From Deltaproteobacteria bacterium (lineage in GTDB: Bacteria; Myxococcota; Kuafuiibacteriia; Kuafuiibacteriales; Kuafuiibacteriaceae), in NCBI GenBank assembly GCA_040218735.1, contig JAVJQW010000023.1, positions 717,043 through 781,042 on the forward strand: DNA of 64,000 nucleotides, given 5' to 3'. Shown here piece by piece: positions 55,234 to 64,000 of this stretch. The position numbers and the translations under genes are program-made. A model generated the notes under the pieces. It was not told the DNA's origin and did no database searches. It saw only the letters and a program-made list of their open reading frames with translations. The stretch's first letter is position 1. Each line of letters starts with the position of its first letter.

Positions 55234-56973
55234 CTAGGCTGGGGCGTCGAGGGGGCGCAGATCCCGCACGCGGAGCTCGAGCTTCTCGAGACCCGCCCAC
55301 TCGTTCAGGTCCAGGTGGCACGCGAGGTCGAGCGAGCGCCCTGGCACCATCGACTCGTGCATGTCGCCGCGCTTGAACGCGATCGCCGACAGGCCCCCCC
55401 AGCGCCCCTCCATGATGCGGAACTTGAGGTGGTCGCCGCCCACGATGCGCGCGTCACGCACGCGGACGTTCTTCATCCTGAACAGCGGCTCCGGGTTCCC
55501 GAGGCCGTAGGGCTCGAGCTTCGACAGCTCGCGGTGGAACGGATAGTCGATGTCCTCGGGCGAGAGGTCGTCGTCGAATATGAGCGTCGACTCCGTCTGC
55601 TCCCCGTAGCTCGGGTCCTGCGCGACGCGATCCACCAAGGCCGCGCGGAACGCCTCGACGTTTTTGTGCGACATCCTCAACCCCGCCGCCGCGCGGTGCC
55701 CGCCGAACTTGGTGAGGAAGGACGAGCAGTCGTTGATGGCGTCGTACAGGTGCACGCCCTTCGCGGTGCGCGCGCTCCCACGGCCGCCCTCGCCGACGAG
55801 GATCGCCGGGCGGTCGTAGCGCTCCACGAGTTTGCTGCACACGATGCCGACGACGCCGGGGTGCCACGACTCGTCCGCGAGCACGATCGCGTGCGGCAGC
55901 GCATCCCAGCCGTCGATGATGTCGACCGCCGCGCGGAAGACATCGCCCTCGATCTGCTGGCGGCTCCCGTTTGCGTGGTCCAGCGACTGCGCGTACTTGC
56001 GCGCTTCGGACATGTCCTCGGTGAGCAGCATCTTCACGCCCACCGACGCGTCGTGCAGGCGCCCAGCCGCGTTAATGCGCGGGCCGAGCCGGAACGCGAC
56101 GTCCGAGGACGCCACCTTCACCGGGCGCACCTTCGAGACCTCCATCAGCGCGCGCACGCCGGGCCGCATCGCGCGCTTCAGCTCGATGACGCCGTACCAG
56201 GTCAGCACGCGGTTCACGCCGGTGAGCGGCACCATGTCGGCGATGGTCCCGAGGGCGACGAGGTCCATCATCCGCTTGAGGTTTGGCTCGGCGAGGTCGT
56301 CGCCACCGTAGACGCCGCGGTCGCGCAGCACCTTCCGCACCGCGATGATCAGGTTGAACGTCACCCCGACCGCCGCGAGCACCTTGTCCGGGTACGGGCA
56401 GTCGTCCTGGTGCGGGTTGAGCGTCGCAAACGCCGGCGGGAGCTTCGGCGGGCACTTGTGGTGGTCCACGACGATCGTCTGGATGCCGTGTTCGTTCGCC
56501 CGTTGGATCTCCTCGGAGGCCGTGATGCCACAATCGAGCGTGATGAGGAGGTCGGTCCCCCACCCCGCGATGGTGTTCACCGCCTCCTCGTTCAGCCCGT
56601 AGCCCTCGATCAGCCGCTTCGGGATGTACGAGCGCGCCTCGACGCCGTGCATCTTCAGGAACGACGCGAGCAGCGACGTCGACGTCACCCCGTCCACGTC
56701 GTAGTCGCCGTACAGCGTGATGCGCTCGTTCGCCTGTATCGCGTCCGCGATGCGGTTCGCTGCGACGTCGACCCCCTTCATCGAGAAGGGGTCGGGCAGG
56801 TGCTTCAGCTGCGGGTTGAGGTACCGCTCGGCGACGTCCGGGTCGGTGACGCCCCGGCGGACGAGCAGCCGGGCGGTCTCGAGGCGGATCTGAAGGATCG
56901 GCGCGAGGCGGATCGCGTGGGCTTCATCGACGAGCGCCTTGATCCAAGTTCGCTCGACGGCACCCGCGCTCAC
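55234..56973 (-). CDS. recJ: Single-stranded-DNA-specific exonuclease RecJ
   Basis: YGDYDVDG, EGYGL, TLDCG, VDHH, LGTIAD, GPRINAAGR, GSAR, GGHRAAAG, LEPYGLGNPEP. Confidence 0.97.
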   Translation of the reverse strand: MSAGAVERTWIKALVDEAHAIRLAPILQIRLETARLLVRRGVTDPDVAERYLNPQLKHLPDPFSMKGVDVAANRIADAIQANERITLYGDYDVDGVTSTSLLASFLKMHGVEARSYIPKRLIEGYGLNEEAVNTIAGWGTDLLITLDCGITASEEIQRANEHGIQTIVVDHHKCPPKLPPAFATLNPHQDDCPYPDKVLAAVGVTFNLIIAVRKVLRDRGVYGGDDLAEPNLKRMMDLVALGTIADMVPLTGVNRVLTWYGVIELKRAMRPGVRALMEVSKVRPVKVASSDVAFRLGPRINAAGRLHDASVGVKMLLTEDMSEARKYAQSLDHANGSRQQIEGDVFRAAVDIIDGWDALPHAIVLADESWHPGVVGIVCSKLVERYDRPAILVGEGGRGSARTAKGVHLYDAINDCSSFLTKFGGHRAAAGLRMSHKNVEAFRAALVDRVAQDPSYGEQTESTLIFDDDLSPEDIDYPFHRELSKLEPYGLGNPEPLFRMKNVRVRDARIVGGDHLKFRIMEGRWGGLSAIAFKRGDMHESMVPGRSLDLACHLDLNEWAGLEKLELRVRDLRPLDAPA

Positions 56974-57025
56974 GGATCTCGATCCTAGGGGACGCGATCG
57001 ATCACGTCCACCCTCGCAAAGGCTT

Positions 57026-58234
57026 TCAGACGACGGCCGTCTCGGCCTTGCTGCGCTTCGCCTTCGGCTTCGTCACGTTCTCCTTCGGGCCGAAGCGCAG
57101 GCGGAGCGCGCGGAACGCCGGGGAGGCGACGTACACCGAGGAGTACGTACCGATCACGATGCCGACGGTCATGATGATGCCGAACTCGGCGAGCACCGTC
57201 CCGGCGCCGAACACGATGAGGCAGATGCACGCGGCGAGCGTGGACAGCGACGTCATGATCGTGCGGCCGAGGGTCTCGTTGATCGCGCGGTTGAGGATGT
57301 CGTCCAGCGCCGACCCCTGCGCCTTGCCGACCGTCTCACGGATACGGTCGAAGACGACGATGGTGTCGTTGATGGAGTAACCGACGAGGGTCAGCAGACC
57401 CGCGATCGTCGCCAGCGTGAACTGCTGACCGGCGAGCGCGAGGAGCGCGACCGTGATGATCGCGTCGTGGAACAGACAGAGGATCGCACCCGGCGAGTAG
57501 AAGAAGTCGAACCGGAGCGCGATGTACACCATGATGAACAGCAGCGCGTAGAGCACCGCGAGGATGCCCTGGTCGCGCAGCTGCTTACCGACGGTCGGAC
57601 CGACGAACTCGACGCGCACCGCGTCGACGCCCTCGTCGAGCGCCTTCATCGCGTTGACGACCGTGGCGTCGACGCCCGTGAGGACGATCGACCACCGCAT
57701 CTGCTCCTTGCGACCGATGCGCTTCACGAGGCGAACCTCGTGGCCCGTCGCCGCGACGACGCCGCTCAGCGCCGTGTCGGAGAGGTCTGCAGCCGCCGTC
57801 GCGTTCTCGGCGAACTCGACCTCGACGACATCACCCGCCTCCGGGTTGTAGCGCAGCTTCTTGAACGTCTCGCCGTACTTGTCCTTGAAGCCCTTGTTGA
57901 GCTGGTCGATCTCGTTTTGACCGAACGACTCCGAGCGACGCAGACGCACCAGGTAGAACGTCTTGTCCGCCTCGGTCGGGACCTCGAACGACTGCACCGC
58001 GTTGTCGACGCCCGGGAAGGCGCCCTCCAACTTGCCGCGGACGTCCGCCGCCGTGGGCTGCTTCTCGAACCGGAGCAGGATCTCGTGACCGCCGGAGAAG
58101 TCGAGGCCGAAGTTCAGGCCGAACACACCGATGACGAGCAGCGCACCGATGACCAGGCCGAGCGACACCTTCGTGAAGAGCGGCGCCTTGCCCATGAAGT
58201 CGTACTTGGTACCGGGCTTGATGACGTGAAACAT
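57026..58234 (-). CDS. secF: Protein translocase subunit SecF
   Basis: LNFGLDFSGG, VGPTVGKQL, GYSINDTIVVFDRIRE, GTYSS. Confidence 0.97.
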   Translation of the reverse strand: MFHVIKPGTKYDFMGKAPLFTKVSLGLVIGALLVIGVFGLNFGLDFSGGHEILLRFEKQPTAADVRGKLEGAFPGVDNAVQSFEVPTEADKTFYLVRLRRSESFGQNEIDQLNKGFKDKYGETFKKLRYNPEAGDVVEVEFAENATAAADLSDTALSGVVAATGHEVRLVKRIGRKEQMRWSIVLTGVDATVVNAMKALDEGVDAVRVEFVGPTVGKQLRDQGILAVLYALLFIMVYIALRFDFFYSPGAILCLFHDAIITVALLALAGQQFTLATIAGLLTLVGYSINDTIVVFDRIRETVGKAQGSALDDILNRAINETLGRTIMTSLSTLAACICLIVFGAGTVLAEFGIIMTVGIVIGTYSSVYVASPAFRALRLRFGPKENVTKPKAKRSKAETAVV

Positions 58235-58253
58235 CGTGTCGTCCTCCCTTCCT

Positions 58254-60035
58254 TTAGATGCTCAACGTCTGCACACGCTTGCCGCGCGTGAAGTAGTCGA
58301 GGACGAGCCGCGGCACGACCACGGCGGTGAAGGTGTTGACGACCACGCCGATGCCGAGCGTCGTCGCGAAGCCTCGGATCGGACCCGAGCCGTACTGCAG
58401 CAGGACGATCGCTGCGATCAGCGTCGTCACGTTGGCGTCGAAGATGGCGGAGAACGCCTTGTCGAACCCGGCGTCGACCGCCGCCCGCGCCGTCTTGCCG
58501 TGCGCGAGCTCCTCTCGGATGCGTTCGAACTGGATGATGTTCGCGTCGACCGCCATACCGATCGTCAGCGCCAACCCCGCGATGCCCGGCAGCGTGAGCG
58601 TCGCCGAGAACCCGGCGAGCACCGCGAACAGGAACAGCATGTTCACGGACAGCGCGACCGTCCCGACCACGCCGGAGAGGCGGTAGTAGACGATCATCAG
58701 GATGAACACGAGGCCGATGGCAAACGACAGCGCCGTCTTGCCCTTCACGACCGCGTCGTCACCGAGCGTCGCACCGACCGTGCGCTCCTCCTGCGGGTAG
58801 ACCGGCGCAGGCAGCGCGCCCGCCTTGAGGACGATGGCGAGGTTGCGCGCGTCCTCCAGGATCTCGTTCTTGCTCTTGTACCCGCCGAGGGTGATCTGCG
58901 CGTTGCCGTTCGGGATGGGGCCCTGGATGATCGGCGCCGAGTCGACGGCGTCGTCCAGCACGATCGCCATCTTCCGCTTCACGTTCTCGCGCGTGAGCTT
59001 CTCGAAGATGACGGCACCCTTTTTGTCGAACTTCATCGCGACGTAGTACTGCGCCTGGTCGCTGTCGTAGGCGACGAACGCGTTCGTCAGCGAGTCACCG
59101 GTCAGCGGCGTGCGACGGTCGAGCAGCCAGGTGCGGTAGACCGCCTCCGCCTGCGCGTTCGCCTTGAACTCCTGGATACCGACCACACGATCGTTCGGCG
59201 GCGGGTTGGCCTCGAGGAAGTCCTTCAGCTTCTGCTTGTCGGTCGACTCCAGGTACGGGCGCGACACGATCCCGTCCGCAGCCTCGTAGGTGTCCTGCGA
59301 CAGCGTGATCTCGGCGGGCTTGTCCGCCTTGCCCGCGATCTCGACGAAGTACTGGCTCGTCTCGTCGACCATCTTGAACTCGAGCTGCGCGGTCTGGCCG
59401 ATGATGTTGTCCTTGACCTGCTTGTAGTCCTCCGCCGTGAGACCGGCGATCTGGATCATGATCGAGTTGTCGCCGCGTTTGCGCACCTCGGGCTCGGTGA
59501 CGCCGTACTTGTCGATGCGGTTGCGGAGCGTCTTGAGCGCCTGCGACACCGCGTCCTCGCGGAGGGTCTGCTCGTGCTGCGTGTCCATCGCGTAGCCGAC
59601 GTAGACGCCGGAGTGCGAAGTGACCGTCCACGTGTCACCGCGGGACTCGAGGATCTCCTTGAGCGTCTCCCAGTCGTTGGCGTCCTTCAGGATGATCGAC
59701 AGCGCGGGGGCGTCGCCGTCGCGCTTGATGCTGACGAGGTCCTTCCCCTTCTCCTGCATCTCCTGGAGGACCTCGTCGCCGACGCGGTCCGCGCGCGACT
59801 GCACGGCCTTCTCGACGTCCACGCCCATCACGAGGTGGAGGCCACCCTGCAGGTCGATGCCGAGGTTGAACCGCTTGTCGGGCATCCAGTCCGGGATCTC
59901 GGCGTCGATCTTGGTCTTCGACCGCCGGACCTCGGGGTCGGCCATGAAGTAGATTGCGGAGGGCGCCGTGTAATAGACCGCGAGGCCCAACAGGCCTACG
60001 ACGAGGACGAGACGCCAATACCAACTGCGTTCCAT
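58254..60035 (-). CDS. secD: Protein translocase subunit SecD
   Basis: LGIDLQGG, RIDKYGVTEP, LKAGALPAP, TLPGIAG..GMAVDAN...ERIREE, GPIRGFA. Confidence 0.97.
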   Translation of the reverse strand: MERSWYWRLVLVVGLLGLAVYYTAPSAIYFMADPEVRRSKTKIDAEIPDWMPDKRFNLGIDLQGGLHLVMGVDVEKAVQSRADRVGDEVLQEMQEKGKDLVSIKRDGDAPALSIILKDANDWETLKEILESRGDTWTVTSHSGVYVGYAMDTQHEQTLREDAVSQALKTLRNRIDKYGVTEPEVRKRGDNSIMIQIAGLTAEDYKQVKDNIIGQTAQLEFKMVDETSQYFVEIAGKADKPAEITLSQDTYEAADGIVSRPYLESTDKQKLKDFLEANPPPNDRVVGIQEFKANAQAEAVYRTWLLDRRTPLTGDSLTNAFVAYDSDQAQYYVAMKFDKKGAVIFEKLTRENVKRKMAIVLDDAVDSAPIIQGPIPNGNAQITLGGYKSKNEILEDARNLAIVLKAGALPAPVYPQEERTVGATLGDDAVVKGKTALSFAIGLVFILMIVYYRLSGVVGTVALSVNMLFLFAVLAGFSATLTLPGIAGLALTIGMAVDANIIQFERIREELAHGKTARAAVDAGFDKAFSAIFDANVTTLIAAIVLLQYGSGPIRGFATTLGIGVVVNTFTAVVVPRLVLDYFTRGKRVQTLSI

Positions 60036-60043
60036 GATTGTGT

Positions 60044-60421
60044 TCAGCTCTTCTTGGTGGAGGTCGAGGACTCGGACTTCTTCTCGTCGTCCGACGACAG
60101 GTCGGCCACGCGCTTGGACACGGCGCTCTTGAGCACCCGAATCTTCACGTTCTTGGCGACCTCGATGGTCATGACCTTGTCGGAGATGTCGGAGATGGTC
60201 CCGAGGATCCCGCTCGACGTGACGATCTCGTCACCGCGCTTGAGGGCGTCGAGCATCGCCTGCTGCTGCCGCCGCTCCTTACCCGCCGGACGGATCCAGA
60301 CGAAGTAGAGGATCAGCATCATCACGATCGGAAGCGCCAGCTCGCCCATACCAAACCCCCCTTGGGATCCGGACGCTTGGGCGGCCAGCAGGGACGTGAC
60401 CTGCTGAATGGGTGGCAGCAT
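60044..60421 (-). CDS. yajC: Preprotein translocase subunit YajC
   Basis: YFVWIRP, LKRGDEIVTSSGILG; immediately upstream of secD. Confidence 0.95.
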   Translation of the reverse strand: MLPPIQQVTSLLAAQASGSQGGFGMGELALPIVMMLILYFVWIRPAGKERRQQQAMLDALKRGDEIVTSSGILGTISDISDKVMTIEVAKNVKIRVLKSAVSKRVADLSSDDEKKSESSTSTKKS

Positions 60422-60557
60422 GAGGGCGCCGGACTACCCGCCCCGACCTCTTCTGGCAAGCCCGAATGGGCCGGAGGGGCCGGATCGCACGCGATCGGCG
60501 GCCGAACGTCATTTCGCGGCGATGAAACCGGGCGGATCGGTGCACTGTACAGGGCGG

Positions 60558-61727
60558 ATGCGCTTCGCCTTCGTCGCCCTCGCCGCGCTCCTCGTCGCCT
60601 GCGGCGTCGAGCGGAAACCGCCGCTCAACGTCTTCGAGGGCTGTGAGGGCCCCGCCGTCGGGCCGAGGCTGGGCGTCGAAAGCGCCCGGTCGGTCATGCG
60701 TTACGTCGCCTGCATCCGCGGCGAGGCCCCGCTCGACCCCGCGCCGGGCGCGACGTTCCACGACTATCGCTCGGAGGCGCTCGCCTCGCACTGGACGCAG
60801 AGCCTCGGACCCGTCGACACGACCCGCGTTCGCCGCGACCGCCTGATCGGCCTGGACCACACGGCGACCTTCGACCGCATCGACCACGGTGACCTGAGGA
60901 CCGTCGCGGAGACCCTCGCCGACGGCGACTTTCACGTCTGGGGCGGGCGCGGGTACGGGGCGATTGCGATGGGGGCCGCCGCCGCCCTCCGGCGCCGCTC
61001 GACCGACGTCGACGCCTGGCTCGACGGGGCGCCGACCACGGACGCCCGGCTCGCGCGCCGCGCGGTCTTTCGGAGCGAGGCGCGGATCTACTGGTACCTC
61101 TACAACGACTACGACACGGGTCGGCCCCCTCTCTCGGACCTCGCCGACGATCAGGCCATCGCCCGGCGCAACCTCGGTGACGCGTACGGTCTGACGTACG
61201 CGTCCGCTCGGCCGGTCGTCGATGGCACCGTACGCTTCGGAGAATTCGGCGCCGTCGTCGGGGCCCTCGACGCCTGGAACACGGACCGTGAGGCCGGCCT
61301 GCAGGCGCGCTTCGAGGATCCTCCGGCCTCGACTGCGGAGCTGCTCGGGGTGACGCCGCCCGTCGTCTCGCGGCCCGCGCCCCCGCTCCCCGGCGAGCGG
61401 GTGCAGGAGGACACCCTCGGCGCCTACCTGGTGCTGTCCCTCCTCGCCTACGCGCAGGCGCCGCAGCCGTTGAACGAGGTGGTGTGGGGCGGGGACCAGC
61501 TCTACCTCGTGCGCGACGGCGACGACCTCGGCGTCGTCTGGTGGGTTCGGCTCATGCGCAAGTCCGGAGCCGACGGACTCGCGAAGCTCCTGACGCAGTG
61601 GCCGCACGCGTCGGTGCAGACGCAGGAAGCCGACGGCGCCTTCGACGTCACCATCGTGTCCGCGGAGACGGCGGCGCTGCACGACGCGCTGAGCGAGGCG
61701 ATCGCCCAATGGGAGGATCCGTCGTGA
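60558..61727 (+). CDS. Hypothetical lipoprotein
   Basis: MRFAFVALAALLVAC lipobox; PPASTAELL, EDTLG and WGGDQ motifs. Confidence 0.7.
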   Translation: MRFAFVALAALLVACGVERKPPLNVFEGCEGPAVGPRLGVESARSVMRYVACIRGEAPLDPAPGATFHDYRSEALASHWTQSLGPVDTTRVRRDRLIGLDHTATFDRIDHGDLRTVAETLADGDFHVWGGRGYGAIAMGAAAALRRRSTDVDAWLDGAPTTDARLARRAVFRSEARIYWYLYNDYDTGRPPLSDLADDQAIARRNLGDAYGLTYASARPVVDGTVRFGEFGAVVGALDAWNTDREAGLQARFEDPPASTAELLGVTPPVVSRPAPPLPGERVQEDTLGAYLVLSLLAYAQAPQPLNEVVWGGDQLYLVRDGDDLGVVWWVRLMRKSGADGLAKLLTQWPHASVQTQEADGAFDVTIVSAETAALHDALSEAIAQWEDPS

Positions 61728-62239
61728 GGCGCGGCGTCTTCACCCTGCTCGCGCTGGCCGCGTGCGGCGGCGATCCGACCTTCGACCCGCCGGTGGACCC
61801 GGGGCTCCCGGTCGCCGGGCTCGACGCCGCGAGCATCGAGGCGACCTGCGACGCGCTCGCCGAGTTCGAGGACGAGGTCATCAACGACACCACACGTTCG
61901 AAGCTCTACCGCGGCGAGGCCAACGCGGTGTTCGCACACGCACGCGACGAGCCGATCTGCTCGCGGGTCAGCGACGACAAGTTCCTCGACGACCTCCCTC
62001 CGGTCGTCGCCTGCAACCTGGCTTGCATCGCAGGCTTCGACCAGTGCGACGCCACCGTCGGCGACTTCGCGGCCTGCGCCGAGGCGCGGCTCTTCGCCGC
62101 GAGGGAGCGCACCGAATCGCTGGAGTGCCGCCTCCGCGACCCGCTGCCTCCGCCCGAAGACACGGAGGCGTGCCGCGCGCTGCGGGAGAGGTGCCGAGAC
62201 TCGAGGACGATCGTCCCCGCCGACCGGGTGCGCTGCTGA
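61724..62239 (+). CDS. Small Cys-rich hypothetical lipoprotein
   Basis: GTG start overlapping the upstream stop; LALAACGG; CDATVGDFAAC. Confidence 0.7.
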   Translation: MRRGVFTLLALAACGGDPTFDPPVDPGLPVAGLDAASIEATCDALAEFEDEVINDTTRSKLYRGEANAVFAHARDEPICSRVSDDKFLDDLPPVVACNLACIAGFDQCDATVGDFAACAEARLFAARERTESLECRLRDPLPPPEDTEACRALRERCRDSRTIVPADRVRC

Positions 62240-62455
62240 TGTGATCGCTCAGAGAAGGAGTCCGAAAGCTCTGCGCCGATTCGCCCCGCCGACCGCGTGC
62301 GCTGCTGATGTGATCGCTCCGAGAAGGAGTCCGAAAGCTCTGCGCCGATCGCCCCGCCGACCGGGGCGCGCTGCTGACGTGATCGCTCCGGGAAGGAGTC
62401 CGAAAGCTCTGCGCCGATTCGCCCCGCCGACCGCGTGCGCTGCCGACGTGATCGC
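62209..62455. repeat. About 69-bp tandem repeat, about 3.5 copies
   Basis: Unit ccccgccgaccg(c/g)gtgcgctgctga(t/c)gtgatcgctc(c/a)g(a/g)gaaggagtccgaaagctctgcgccgat(t)cg starts at 62215, 62284, 62352 and 62422 (partial). Confidence 0.92.
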
Positions 62456-62513
62456 GCTTCCTTCGGGAGTTGTCAGGTGATCGGCGTTCGCCGTCGCGTC
62501 ATCCTCGCGGCGG

Positions 62514-63305
62514 ATGTTACGCCGCCTCCCCCTCATCCTCGTCCTCGCGCTCGCCTGCAAGAGCGCGCCACCGGCGCCGCCGTCGACGGTCGCGAAGACG
62601 TGCGGCGCCGAGGTGAAGCTCACCGCGCCCGCGCACGCCGAGCCGCTCGCCGAAGACGCCGTCGCGGCCGCGCTCGTCGCGATGCTCGAGCGCGTGGAGG
62701 CGTGGGCGAAAAGCGACGCCCCAGACTACGTGATGGGCCTGCACGACGCGCGGACGCTGGTGATGCTCGGGCACGAGCTGAGCAGCAAGGAGAAGGCGCT
62801 CGAACGCGAGCTCGAAGCGCACCCCGAGCTGCGCGGCTACCTCGTGATGGCGTGCCTCGCGAGCCACGCGCCCGCGCTCGACTGCACGCAGGCGAGCCCC
62901 AAACAGATCATCGACGCTCTGGGTGGTTCCGACGACGAGACCTCACGCCGCGCCGAGCAGCGCGCGCTGTTCGCAAAGGGCTGCCGCCTCGAAGACGTCG
63001 GCCGCGCCTACCAGCCGCGCTTCGACCCACCGGACCTCGTCGTTCGCGCCGTGCAGCGCTGCGGCGCCGGCGCGACCCGCAAGTTCCTCCCGACGGTCAA
63101 CCGCTACCACGTCTCCCGCGTACGCTGCGGCGAAGAGGACGCGGTGCTCGTGAGCTCCGAGGTCAACACGTGGTGGGAGCGCGTCGACGGGAAGTTCCTT
63201 CCGGTCGAGCGCCAGTCGACGCGCGTGCGCCCGGTGATGGTGAGGCCGCTGACCCGCGAGCGCTTCGACGCCGCGGTCGCGAAGCTCGACTCGGTATCGC
63301 TCTAG
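62514..63305 (+). CDS. Hypothetical lipoprotein
   Basis: MLRRLPLILVLALAC lipobox; coding-like composition. Confidence 0.7.
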   Translation: MLRRLPLILVLALACKSAPPAPPSTVAKTCGAEVKLTAPAHAEPLAEDAVAAALVAMLERVEAWAKSDAPDYVMGLHDARTLVMLGHELSSKEKALERELEAHPELRGYLVMACLASHAPALDCTQASPKQIIDALGGSDDETSRRAEQRALFAKGCRLEDVGRAYQPRFDPPDLVVRAVQRCGAGATRKFLPTVNRYHVSRVRCGEEDAVLVSSEVNTWWERVDGKFLPVERQSTRVRPVMVRPLTRERFDAAVAKLDSVSL

Positions 63306-63815
63306 GCAAGCTCTAGACACGATGCCGGCAACTTAGCGGAGCTGGCCCGCCTGGAAATGCCGTAGGCGGGGAATGACGCGCCCGACGCACCTTGGAACCA
63401 TCGCCCGACGCTGGTGCCCCGCCGACCCGCGCGGTCGCCGCTCCATGTCGGCAGGAGGACGGCGGTTGGCTCCGCTCGATGGTCCGCGGCACTCGCAATG
63501 CTCCCCATGTAGCGCTCGCGGCGCGGTCATCCCCAGATGGATCTTCGCGGCTTTGCCCGCGAGTCGCCCACGCCGCCTTCGACGCGGTCGCGCAAGTTGA
63601 GTTGCGGAAGAGGTTTCTTTCTCTTTTGGGGGTTGACGGAATCAAAGGCCCTGTCCGGGCCATCTGCTCGACGAACGCCGTCCGTTTCGAAGTTTTCGAG
63701 CTTGGACTAATCGCCGGACGCTGACGGTCCATGGCGTGCCTCCTCGCACGTCTCAGGCCGTCATCCTCGAGCCCTACCGAATCGCGTTTCGAAGGCTCGA
63801 TGATACCTTCGATGC

Positions 63816-64000
63816 ATGAGCCCGAACGCTTGCAATCTGTCTTGCATGACCCAGAACGGTCTCCTGAGCGGACTTCGTGAAGCGCTTCGCGCCGAGCTGA
63901 AGAGCGGTGTGCAGGCGCTCCGGTTCATGGCGGAGATCGAGCGGCGAAAGCTCTACGTGGAGCGTGGCTTCAGCTCGCTGTTCCGGTTCTGCGTCGAGGG
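63816..64000 (+). CDS. 5' fragment of a probable DUF222-like/HNH endonuclease protein (runs off the window)
   Basis: Hand translation: MSPNACNLSCMTQNGLLSGLREALRAELKSGVQALRFMAEIERRKLYVERGFSSLFRFCVE. The EIERRKLY..RG(F/Y)SSLF.(F/Y)C motif resembles the N-terminus of deltaproteobacterial HNH proteins; the HNH domain itself is not visible. Confidence 0.65.
   Translation, partial: MSPNACNLSCMTQNGLLSGLREALRAELKSGVQALRFMAEIERRKLYVERGFSSLFRFCVE

Noticed and set aside
60044-60557. Absence of tgt upstream of yajC
   Set aside because: The tgt-yajC linkage is commonly broken; not informative alone
62236-62275. Hammerhead ribozyme-like CTGATG...GAGTCCGAAAG
   Set aside because: Core reads CTGATGT rather than CTGANGA, and I could not build stem II closing onto GAAA; an Infernal search would be decisive
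62209-62455. Possible CRISPR array
   Set aside because: Whole 68-70-bp units repeat with no unique spacers, and no cas genes are in the window
63313-63732. 139-aa minus-strand ORF and overlapping small ORFs
   Set aside because: No recognisable motif, Ser/Arg/Ala-rich composition and atypical codon pattern; treated as probably non-coding

Overview
A very GC-rich, gene-dense 64 kb chromosomal segment. Its gene content points to a myxobacterium (Myxococcota): a MYXO-CTERM-like sorting signal, many Cys-rich lipoproteins, three Hanks-type Ser/Thr kinases, DUF4388/TPR proteins and a parB-bactofilin pair. Housekeeping genes recognised from motifs are parB, fhs, plsB, dnaJ, exbB/exbD-type, ltaE, queE, recJ, secF, secD and yajC. 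No rRNA, tRNA, CRISPR array or transposase was recognised. The most unusual features are: (1) a two-gene module of a small lipoprotein plus a 1115-aa secreted LruC/DUF4842-SBBP propeller-3x ADAMTS-type TSP1-fibrinogen-like protein, with an orphan paralog of the lipoprotein 17 kb away; (2) an NtrC-type enhancer-binding protein with degenerate GAFTGA, Walker B and Arg-finger motifs behind a near-consensus sigma54 promoter; (3) a probably leaderless PARG-like (TIGR02452) gene with an NrtR-like operator abutting its ATG, facing two tandem pseudo-receiver paralogs; (4) a stand-alone four-repeat MshEN-like protein coupled to a VWA-TM-coiled-coil protein; (5) Grx-TM-TlpA and APS-kinase-APH fusions; (6) several intergenic tandem repeats and the 5' end of a probable HNH-endonuclease element. 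All family assignments come from motif recognition by eye; no database searches were run.
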